A DNA stretch of 32,000 nt from Trichodesmium erythraeum IMS101. GTDB lineage: Bacteria > Cyanobacteriota > Cyanobacteriia > Cyanobacteriales > Microcoleaceae. Position numbers and translations under genes: made by a program. Location of the stretch: contig NC_008312.1 of the NCBI RefSeq assembly GCF_000014265.1, positions 2,190,001 to 2,222,000 on the forward strand, given 5' to 3'. Under the pieces are notes generated by a model. The model was given only the letters and a program-made list of their open reading frames with translations, ran no database searches and was not told where the DNA came from. Below, piece by piece: positions 1-8,109 of this stretch. How positions within the stretch are numbered: position 1 is the stretch's first letter; each line of letters starts with the position of its first letter.

Positions 1-1536
1 TTCTCTAGATGTTTCAGTTGAACTGACTGTTATATCGTCTAATCCATCATTGTTGACGTCTTCAATGGAGAGGAAGGGGAAACTATCTTCCTCAAAAGCA
101 ACTTCTGTATCCAGAGTAAATTTACCTTTACCGTCTCCCAGAAGTAAGGAAATTTTTTGCTTGCTGGGGCCAAGATCAGAATAATCATAATATCCCGAAG
201 ATCCCGAATATGACAGAATGGCTAGATCGAGGTTGCCATCGCCGTTAAATTCACCTACTCCTACCAGTCCATCATCTTCTAACATAATGCTGGATGTTTT
301 TAAGGGTTTAAACTTGCCATTTTTCTGCCCCAAGTCTATAGAAATTGTAGTTTTTCCAGAGGAGTAGTTGAAAACGCTCTTCACCCGATCCATCAAACCG
401 TCACCGTTGAAGTCTCCGAGCGCTACTGGATTAAATTTGGCGTCGAAAGCTGCAAAAGGAGAATTATCAACCGCCTCAAACTTTTGGTTTTTTCTTAATC
501 GTATCTCGATCTTGCTTGGGGTAGAGAATGAGGATGAGTAATTGCTTAAAGACAAATCATCTAAACCGTCGTTATTAACATCTGCAAAGGATATCAAATC
601 GGTATTTATGACATTAAGTTGGGTATCGACGGTTAGTTTCCCTGTATCGTCTACCTTTAAAGCCGTAATTTTGCCGAAAGTCTCATTAGTTTTTGTGTTA
701 TATGCACTGGTAACTGCTACTGCGTCTAGGTTGCCATTTCCGTCGAGTTCTCCTATTTGGATGTCAGTGGGATTACCTAGCAACTCCAGACTTTTGCTAC
801 GCTTTGGAAATTTGCCTTTTCCATTTCCGAATTCGATGAAGACTGTTGTAATGGGGGATAATGTATCTGGGTCTATAGATCCTTCCAGAACTATGCGGTC
901 TAATTTTTCATCTTTGTTGAAGTCTCCAAAGGCAAAATAAGCTGGTAGATCTTCGAATTCATAGAAGACTGGAGAGTCTTGGGATGGGATAAATTTTATC
1001 TCCAAAAGTCCCGGGTAGTTGGCGATCGCCTCTGATACAAGTTGATTTTCCCCTATTTGATTTTCCAGTTGAGAAGTTCCACCAAGAGCTATATTTCCCA
1101 CTTTGTCTCTGGATGCAGCTATATTCGCTCCCGTTAACTGCTGGAGGCGGCCTATAAATTCTTCATCTCTGGCAACGCTACAGGCATATAGTTGAATTTC
1201 CTTGACTCCCCATTCCGAGAGTAAGTAGTTGTATTCATCTATGTTGCTAGCTTTAAGCAGCTTGTTGCCAAGATACAAAGTACCAGGCTCGCCGTGACAG
1301 ATAATACTCAGACTTTCTGCATTTGTTTGGGATAGTGCTTCGGAGATTTGAGATATCGCGTCCCTATCTCCATCTAATAAAACTATAGACTTTTGCCCTG
1401 CTATCCCTCTGACTAATTGAGGGTAATGTTCTAGAGATTTATCTATTGCTACTAAAGACTTTTCCGTTCTTACTTCCTTAGTGAATGTTGATATAACTGA
1501 GGAAGCTGTAGCATTATTATTGTGAGCTACTATCAT
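1..1536 (-). CDS. DUF4347-like N-terminal domain protein with FG-GAP/VCBS-type repeats (N-terminal 512 codons; the C-terminus runs off the window)
   Basis: Absent from the ORF track because there is no stop inside the window. Hand translation of the minus strand from ATG 1536..1534 gives MIVAHNNNATASSVISTFTKEVRTEKSLVAIDKSLEHYPQLVRGIAGQKSIVLLDGDRDAISQISEALSQTNAESLSIICHGEPGTLYLGNK. The IICHGEPGTLYLG core is typical of DUF4347. Spot-checked segments (1261-1536, 901-960, 1-60) are stop-free in this frame. Downstream there are repeated GDFNGDG, GEFNGDGNLD, GELDGNGNLD and DVNNDGLDD motifs. Confidence 0.7.
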   Translation of the reverse strand, partial: MIVAHNNNATASSVISTFTKEVRTEKSLVAIDKSLEHYPQLVRGIAGQKSIVLLDGDRDAISQISEALSQTNAESLSIICHGEPGTLYLGNKLLKASNIDEYNYLLSEWGVKEIQLYACSVARDEEFIGRLQQLTGANIAASRDKVGNIALGGTSQLENQIGENQLVSEAIANYPGLLEIKFIPSQDSPVFYEFEDLPAYFAFGDFNKDEKLDRIVLEGSIDPDTLSPITTVFIEFGNGKGKFPKRSKSLELLGNPTDIQIGELDGNGNLDAVAVTSAYNTKTNETFGKITALKVDDTGKLTVDTQLNVINTDLISFADVNNDGLDDLSLSNYSSSFSTPSKIEIRLRKNQKFEAVDNSPFAAFDAKFNPVALGDFNGDGLMDRVKSVFNYSSGKTTISIDLGQKNGKFKPLKTSSIMLEDDGLVGVGEFNGDGNLDLAILSYSGSSGYYDYSDLGPSKQKISLLLGDGKGKFTLDTEVAFEEDSFPFLSIEDVNNDGLDDITVSSTETSRE

Positions 1537-1816
1537 TATACACTTAACCTCTAAACTTTATCTCTTTTTTTTTGACTAATTCAATCTAGCATATTTTTTT
1601 GTAGTTAGGGGGTTTTAATAAACTTTAACACTTTCTCATTTTTGGAGTTTAGACTAAATAGTTGTCTAATTTTGTTTCAGATATATTAACGGTCGCAGAA
1701 ACTGAACAAATATCAAAAGAACGACATGAGCATTGACTTAATCAAAAAATATAGGTTAAAAAGTATACTATTAGACCACTTTTCCCATTTATTAAACAAA
1801 TGTCAACAAACCGAAA

Positions 1817-3793
1817 TTATTCTAAACTTGAGTCGTTGAGTATATCACTTACAATGTCTGGGTCATTTTGAGTTAATAGACGGTGCTTAACGGGGTAAAC
1901 CTGATAATCTGCTCCGTCTATTTCTTTTCTCAAGACAGAAATTGTTGTTTTCACAGCCTCATAACCAATCTGAATACTAGACTGCTCAATAATCAACTGT
2001 AAAGGACTATTGGGATTAAGTAATTTTGTAGCTTTATTTCTTGAGAGGTCTAAAATTCCAAAAACCTTAACTTTATTCTTCAAGGCAGATTCTGCTACTG
2101 CTGCAACTGTAACCTCCGTTGCTATATTTGATCCCCCCCAAAGTATCTGAACATCAGGATTATCTTCAAGTAGTTTTTTAACTTTTATAATATCACTACC
2201 AAAAGCAATGCTAACAGAGTCAACAATTTGAAAAGGGATACCCGAATGGTTGATCGCTTTTAAGACTCCTTGAAGATAGGGATAGTAGCGATCATATACA
2301 GCACCATCAACTAAACCAATTTGAACCGATTTTGACTGTAAATTCTTTTGAGCCCATTCTGCTATATATTGGCCTGAATCATAGCCCATTTGAAAACTAT
2401 TTGTATTATAGCAAGCAATAGCTAAATCTTCTGCATCTATAGGATTAAAGCAGAAATCAACAGTGGTAATAGCTACTCCAGCATCCCTTGCCAGTTTCAG
2501 GGCATCAAGGGACTGAACAGGATCTTCAGGCGTTAAGATAATCCCATCCATGCCATCCTTAATCAACTGCCTAATTATTTTCGCTTCGTTCTTCACACCA
2601 CCGGGATAAGAAATACCCCAAATTTCCACACGACGGTTAGCAGCACGACGCATCCCAAATTCATAGGTATCAGAAATACTGTCAGCATTTTCTGGTTTGA
2701 GCAAAGCTATCCTTAAACGGGGTAAGCGTGCTTGTTTGATTTGCTGTTCCCAATTAGGCATCCTATTGGTTTCCTGCCAATTTTTAGCCTGTTTAATTTG
2801 AAATATTGACCACATTTTTGCTCCCCACAGATCAGCACCTTTTAACTGAGTTTCTCGGAAATTAGTGGGGTTTAATTTAGCTTCGATCACGTTAGTCGTG
2901 CTACCAAAATCGGTAAAACGCAAGGAGGCATTCTCTAGATTAGCTTTATAAAAATCAGCCCCTCTTAAATTTGCTCGATTAAAATTCGCTGATTCTAAGT
3001 TTGCCCGATGGAAAATAGCATTATGAAAATTAGCCCATAAAGCTTTCATATTGACGAGATTAGCTTCAGAGAAATCAGCTGCTTGAAGGTCAGATCCATA
3101 CAAATTACTATTATCTAAATTACTATTTTGAAGTATGGCTTTCTTTAAGTTAGCGCGTGCTAAATTAGCACCTTCTAAATTGACGTCCTTTAAATTCGCA
3201 CCTTCTAAATTAGCATTTACCAAGTTTGCACCTTGAAGATTACTCCCCTGTAAATTAATTCCGGCAAGATTAGCACCTGAGAGATTTGCTCCTGTTAAAT
3301 TTGAATAGGAGAGATCCATTGAATATTTATTAACCTTAAGTGAGCCTTGAGTGAAAGATAAAGATTGACAAGGACTAAGGGTAAGATTAGCCATATTCGC
3401 ACTAACTGCTTTTAATCCTGGATTACTTTTGCAGCCTTTATTTAAAACTTTCAGGGCAGCAATTCTGCTATCACTATACTCATAGCTAGATTCCTCCCGT
3501 AGAACTTTTCGAGCATTTTGTATCTCCTGTTTTTGTCGACTAGGTATGGTAATCACATAAGATACCACGGCAAACAACAGTGCGCTCTGACTTAAAATAG
3601 CTGCTAACTTAATTAAAGAAATATTTTGCAGCCATTCAACACAATCAGAAATTTTTGTATCTAAAAGAGAAATAGGCTTCAAGAGTGTAGATTTTTTGAG
3701 CCTAAGTTTTTGATAAATTCTTTGAGAATTTTCATGATTGATAAACTCAGAGTTACTCATTTCTTTTGGTAAGTTTTTTTCTTTTTTATCCAT
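1817..3793 (-). CDS. Membrane-anchored pentapeptide-repeat protein fused to a type-1 periplasmic-binding-protein (sugar-binding/RbsB-like) domain
   Basis: 658-aa ORF. It has one hydrophobic segment (LIKLAAILSQSALLFAVVSYVITI). A long run of A(N/D)LxG pentapeptides follows (ANLSGANLAGINLQGSNLQGANLVNANLEGANLKDVNLEGANL...). The C-terminal ~300 aa have a PBP1 pattern (IIRQLIKDGMDGIILTPEDPVQSLDALKLARDAGVAITTVD). Confidence 0.8.
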   Translation of the reverse strand: MDKKEKNLPKEMSNSEFINHENSQRIYQKLRLKKSTLLKPISLLDTKISDCVEWLQNISLIKLAAILSQSALLFAVVSYVITIPSRQKQEIQNARKVLREESSYEYSDSRIAALKVLNKGCKSNPGLKAVSANMANLTLSPCQSLSFTQGSLKVNKYSMDLSYSNLTGANLSGANLAGINLQGSNLQGANLVNANLEGANLKDVNLEGANLARANLKKAILQNSNLDNSNLYGSDLQAADFSEANLVNMKALWANFHNAIFHRANLESANFNRANLRGADFYKANLENASLRFTDFGSTTNVIEAKLNPTNFRETQLKGADLWGAKMWSIFQIKQAKNWQETNRMPNWEQQIKQARLPRLRIALLKPENADSISDTYEFGMRRAANRRVEIWGISYPGGVKNEAKIIRQLIKDGMDGIILTPEDPVQSLDALKLARDAGVAITTVDFCFNPIDAEDLAIACYNTNSFQMGYDSGQYIAEWAQKNLQSKSVQIGLVDGAVYDRYYPYLQGVLKAINHSGIPFQIVDSVSIAFGSDIIKVKKLLEDNPDVQILWGGSNIATEVTVAAVAESALKNKVKVFGILDLSRNKATKLLNPNSPLQLIIEQSSIQIGYEAVKTTISVLRKEIDGADYQVYPVKHRLLTQNDPDIVSDILNDSSLE

Positions 3794-3827
3794 TAGTAAT
3801 TTTTCCTATTAAATTAATCTATAAAAA

Positions 3828-5204
3828 TTAATAATTATTGAACAATTTTTCTGAATCATATTTATGGAAATCTTTAAATCCTTGAGGAGTTAAAATACTT
3901 ATTAAAACTAGATTAGAGGAATTATTTAGACCTTTAGTAAAATCAATTACAACACCACCTAAATCAAACTTTGACATAGCAGCTTGTTTTAAAAAACTCT
4001 CACGATTGATTTCTCCTGGTATTGCTTTGAGAATTTTTAAAGTCATTTTTCCTATAATATATCCTTCTAAAGATACATGATCAAACTTACTATTTAGCTT
4101 AGATTTTGCCTCCTGAACAATAGGTAGATCAGAATCTAATTGAGGAACAACTTCTGTAATAATTACTTGATCTGTGATCCCGTATTCTTCTAAATCAAAC
4201 TGTAATTCTTCTTTATGGGCAAATGATAGTGAGGAAATAACCCAAGGCTCTCCTTCCTTTTTAGCTACATTAATAAATCGTGCAGCATTAGTAGAAGTTG
4301 CTGCTGTTACGACTAATCTACAGTTTATTCCCGTATTTTTTTCCCACTGTTTTAATGAGTTATAACCTTCCTTTGTATAGGGAGTATTACGGGGATAAAA
4401 CCCTATGGGGCCAAGTAAAGAATTGCCTTGATTTCCTTTTTCTTTATACTCTAAAACTTTTTCATATGGGCGTAATATACTCTGATCAACTTCTGCTTTT
4501 ACTAAAGCATATATAAGCCCTTTTAATCCTGACATTCCATAGCTGTCATCTTGAACATAAGCACAAATTTCATAGGGTTTTACCCCAGCATTTAAAGCGA
4601 TTTTTACCACAGCTTCTATTTCCTCTGCATAAGTCGCACGATAATTAATGATTAGTTCAGATCGCGAACGCAAAAGTTCAGAACCTGTAAAAAAACCAAC
4701 GGCAGGAACATTGTTTTTCTTTAAAATTGGCAATGTTTCTTTTGCGGTCGGTGTACCAACATTTCCAATCATCAAAAAAATTCCAGACTTAATCAACCTT
4801 TGTGCTTTTTTACGAGCAACTAAAGGCTCATAATAATCATTTTTAAAGATTAATTGAATTTTTTTTTCCTGTACTAATTGACCATCAAGTGCAGCTTCTA
4901 AGCCAGATTTCATTCTATTGCCTAAAATCTCTTCTTGTCCTTCTAAAGCGAGGACAGAACCTAGTCGAATTGTTTGTTCAGTAATTCCTTCTGTGGAAAT
5001 TGTATGATCTGAATTTTTTGAACCTACATTTTCAGTTAATTCAACATTAAGAGTGAGGGGTTTAAAAGGGTTCGGACTACAAGCCCAAGCAAAAATAGTC
5101 ATAAAGCCCATACAACCAGCTAAGATGGTGGGACCTAAATTTCGTTGGTGATCTGTTTTTTTTTCTAAAGTCATGTCTAAAATATATCTCCAAACAAGGA
5201 ACAT
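3828..5204 (-). CDS. Type-1 periplasmic binding protein, Leu/Ile/Val-binding-protein-like (orphan ABC substrate-binding component)
   Basis: 458-aa ORF with an N-terminal hydrophobic signal/anchor (GPTILAGCMGFMTIFAWAC). The LIVBP-like pattern includes IRLGSVLALEG, LIFKNDYYEP, LMIGNVGTPTAKETLPIL and VPAVGFFTGSELLR. The true start may be the internal Met at 5174 (MTLEKK...). It lies 34 bp upstream of, and is co-oriented with, the pentapeptide-PBP gene. Confidence 0.8.
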   Translation of the reverse strand: MFLVWRYILDMTLEKKTDHQRNLGPTILAGCMGFMTIFAWACSPNPFKPLTLNVELTENVGSKNSDHTISTEGITEQTIRLGSVLALEGQEEILGNRMKSGLEAALDGQLVQEKKIQLIFKNDYYEPLVARKKAQRLIKSGIFLMIGNVGTPTAKETLPILKKNNVPAVGFFTGSELLRSRSELIINYRATYAEEIEAVVKIALNAGVKPYEICAYVQDDSYGMSGLKGLIYALVKAEVDQSILRPYEKVLEYKEKGNQGNSLLGPIGFYPRNTPYTKEGYNSLKQWEKNTGINCRLVVTAATSTNAARFINVAKKEGEPWVISSLSFAHKEELQFDLEEYGITDQVIITEVVPQLDSDLPIVQEAKSKLNSKFDHVSLEGYIIGKMTLKILKAIPGEINRESFLKQAAMSKFDLGGVVIDFTKGLNNSSNLVLISILTPQGFKDFHKYDSEKLFNNY

Positions 5205-5355
5205 TGAAGTTGCACTTCCATCGCCTAACTACTTGTCGGCTAAGGTAAAAAGGTTTCCGCGATATCGTCTCCTACTACCAAAACATTGATCTCCTTTCCT
5301 TAGTGCTTAACTGCTCTCGAAATCTAAGTTTTCTTTTTTTTGAGCCGAGAAAAGT

Positions 5356-5655
5356 TTAAAGGAATTTCGTTAAGCTCCCCAAATGTAATAATTTATTCAG
5401 GGTCTTAGGTATGTGGTAACTGTTTTCAAATCTGACTTGAGGGATCAAATCACAGTAGTCAGCTCCTATTAATATCTCTATCTCCGGAAAGCCTGTACCA
5501 TTAACATACATTTTCCAGCATATTTGACGAGCATCATCCCTATACTTTTTTTTTGAGTTTGAGGATAAGATACAAATTAAGGAGCACAATTTGTGTCCAT
5601 TGTGATTTTGCTTCCCAGATCAGCTTACTATTAGATCCAAATATGTTTGGACTGG
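5356..5655 (-). pseudogene. Possible remnant of an IS (IS1-like zinc-ribbon + HTH) transposase N-terminus
   Basis: The 77-aa ORF contains KKKYRDDARQICWKMYVNGTGFPEIEILIG, which resembles the HTH region of IS1-type InsA proteins. Immediately upstream in another frame there is C-Q-S-K-H-I-W (zinc-ribbon-like), implying a frameshift. No DDE catalytic region follows. The assignment is from memory of family motifs only. Confidence 0.3.
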
Positions 5656-6178
5656 CACCCTTGATATTCCATACTTTTTCCCTTTTATTCCCTTTGTCCT
5701 AACCTATAATTCACCCGATAAATATGTAGCGCACCCAATTAACTAAATTTTATTAATGGTTAGGATATTGAGATTCAAGTTGTTCTTAGGAGCTATATAA
5801 AAACAAGTTGTATAAATTTTACTTTAGATAAATTGTAAAATTGAGCCTTGATTAAATTTAGCTTCTATAAAAAAGCTCTCCAACTTACTTTTACACTAGC
5901 ATTTTATGCTAACAGGATTTTTTTTAATTAACAATATAAATTGTAATATTTTTTAAAATATTTTTCCAAACTTCTCTATATTCTCTTGATTTTTAGTAAA
6001 GTAAAATTTATTATTTTAACTCTATCCTCTCTTCTAAGCAAGGGTATGCTTTGAAGTTAAAAATATTGTTGAGTACCAGGAGTGATAATGATTTACAGAA
6101 ATTTAGTTACACTTCAAGTGTTTAGAGCGAGTAAACTGCAAGTCAAACAATAACTTAAGCATACTAGTCGGCACCCAG

Positions 6179-6230
6179 AAAAAAATAGCTACTTTTGCTT
6201 CAATATTGGAAAATATTCCAGCAAAAGTAG
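6179..6230 (-). terminator. Orphan Rho-independent-terminator-like hairpin (reads as a terminator on the minus strand)
   Basis: 6189-6230 forms CTACTTTTGCT / AGCAAAAGTAG (11 bp), then a 2x2 internal loop, then AATATT-GGAA-AATATT (6 bp with a tetraloop). On the minus strand it is followed by CTA and then T7 (complement of A 6179-6185). A HIP1 site abuts it at 6231-6238. There is no annotated gene upstream on the minus strand. Confidence 0.4.
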
Positions 6231-6695
6231 GCGATCGCTTCCTTAACTCTCTACAAAAATCTCTTATCAAATAATTCTTAACCACTTAAGCATTTGTAAA
6301 TGAGATATCAAAAAATATCAGACTTTTCAATACTAAGAAAACTGAATAACTTCAAGCCAACCAAAAGCTTAAATCAACCCTTAATAACATTAAAAATTAT
6401 ACTTTTCGATAACACCTTATCAGTAATTTTTTTAGCTGTAACCAAACTCCCTAAATCTGATTTTTTTCCGGAGCATTAGGAGAAAATAGTTAACAGATGA
6501 CTTTCCACTATTCCTCTCTCTGTTAAATTTTGATTCATACAACTAACTAATTCATGCATTTCTTTTCTTATGCTTGACCTACCAAAATATATATTTTTCC
6601 TGTCAAATAACAATTATATATTCTCATTATTGAATACATTATGCTTACATCCCCCCAAGAAACGCTATATTAGTAAATAGTCAACTAATACAACT

Positions 6696-7466
6696 ATGAA
6701 AAAACAACTGATCGCGGTCTCTAAAAAATTAATAACCCTAATATTAGGAATCATCCTTATTATTAATTTACCCATTCAACAGTCATTAGCAGCATCCCCA
6801 GAAGATTTACAGGAATTACAACAACTACTTGAAACCCAACTTGTACGATCCTATCAACAATCAGTTGAAGATGCTGTTGATGCAAGAATTGATGAAATAG
6901 ACAACTCCTTATGGTCAATTACTTTAGATAATACCGATCTAATATGGCAAAAAGTAGACGGAAAACCCCAGGTATTGATGGTAACCTGGACTTCCTGGGA
7001 TGGCTATGATGACAAAATAGGTGAAAAAATGCAGTTAACCCGAGAAGTCTGGACTACTCCTGTTCCCCAGTTACAAACCTTTATATCCCAATTTAACCTC
7101 AATGAAGATAATTTAACCCTCAGACTGGAACAATATCTGGGCTTACCTCCTGAAAATGGTAAAACCAAATTTGTGCAGATGTGGGTTGAACCTAAAGACT
7201 TATTCCGTCCTTGCCCAGATCCAGAAATTATCGATACTAGCTGTAGCTTGAAATTTCCTTCTAATGTTGAACCCCAATATCAGGAATGGGTAAATGAAAA
7301 AATACTCACTTCTTATGGCAAGAATGGTTATCCTTGGACAAGGTTAGGCTATACTTATGATTGGGGAAGTATTACTACAGAAATAGGAGCAAGTGAATAT
7401 GTAGTTCGCGTAGGTGCAGAGGTGGAGATAGATTCAGTTATTAATACTATTGAATATGTTCAATAA
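6696..7466 (+). CDS. Secreted hypothetical protein
   Basis: 256-aa ORF with a classic signal peptide (MKKQLIAVSKKLITLILGIILIINLPIQQSLA/ASPED). I recognise no family. Confidence 0.6.
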   Translation: MKKQLIAVSKKLITLILGIILIINLPIQQSLAASPEDLQELQQLLETQLVRSYQQSVEDAVDARIDEIDNSLWSITLDNTDLIWQKVDGKPQVLMVTWTSWDGYDDKIGEKMQLTREVWTTPVPQLQTFISQFNLNEDNLTLRLEQYLGLPPENGKTKFVQMWVEPKDLFRPCPDPEIIDTSCSLKFPSNVEPQYQEWVNEKILTSYGKNGYPWTRLGYTYDWGSITTEIGASEYVVRVGAEVEIDSVINTIEYVQ

Positions 7467-7560
7467 AATTAAACTTTGAGCTAAGTCTCAAACCAGCCCT
7501 AGTGCCCAGAAAAACTGTATAGTTTAAATCCAGTTGAATACTTATTTTATGGGTGGAAAG

Positions 7561-8010
7561 GTCCGGAGGTCCGGAGGTGGGAAGATTGAAGATTGAAGTA
7601 ATTATAGAATCATCAACACATACTATATAATTAGATTCTATAGTAATCCTAAATCCTACATCTAAAATCATGATTTATTAAAAAATAGCTCCAACTCCTA
7701 TTACTCCAGCTCAATTACCTCCTGCCTTCATGCAAACTATTTCTTTCACCCATCAGAAGGATGACTATCTGACCATTAGCACTCCCAAATATCTTAAGTT
7801 TTAGTAGATTTGCTGGTTTGGTGGTTTCAGGTTGAGAGCAAAGATAATTAGTAGGTTTAGTGGTTTCAGGTTTGGTGGTAGAGAGCAGAGATACAAAATA
7901 ATTGCAGTCAAAAGTTATCCATAAAAACCTAGGCAAAAATCAATTGATTTGGTAGTAAGTTGTGATCAACTTGTTAAATTTTTAACCTGACACCTGACAC
8001 TTGATACCTT
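7561..8010. repeat. Cluster of short tandem repeats in an intergenic spacer
   Basis: Four repeat elements are present. (1) GTCCGGAG x2 at 7561-7576. (2) GAAGATT x2.5 at 7581-7598. (3) GGTTT(G/A)GTGGTTTCAGGTT as a direct repeat at about 7815-7833 and 7854-7872. (4) CCTGACA CCTGACA CTTGATA CCTT at 7986-8010. Confidence 0.85.
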
Positions 8011-8109
8011 AAATTAACAACTAATTCTATTTTTGCGAGGACATCAGTTACTATATATAAATTATTGATTCAATCTACCCATCTTTACCAATAAAACTTA
8101 AAAAAAATT

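Noticed and set aside
542-940. Track ORFs antisense to, or overlapping, clear genes: 542..940, 4174..4365, 4298..4516, 4648..4833, 10957..11244, 16183..16464, 21550..21738, 22276..22503 and 30081..30272
   Set aside because: Each lies inside or against a much longer ORF with strong family signatures. They have low-complexity hydrophobic translations typical of AT-rich antisense frames, and none has a start context.
2580-2660. An RRAANRRVEIW segment resembling the NRRVEI tail of OmpA-like peptidoglycan-binding domains
   Set aside because: Only the last ~10 residues resemble OmpA_C. The surrounding sequence aligns as the first beta-alpha units of a type-1 periplasmic binding protein, so the match is coincidental.
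7447-7936. Track ORFs 7447..7671 and 7715..7936, and likewise 6103..6285, 11321..11515 and 11727..11918, as genes
   Set aside because: They are generated by short tandem repeats or run through a strong hairpin (6189-6230). They show no RBS, no recognisable family and odd composition.
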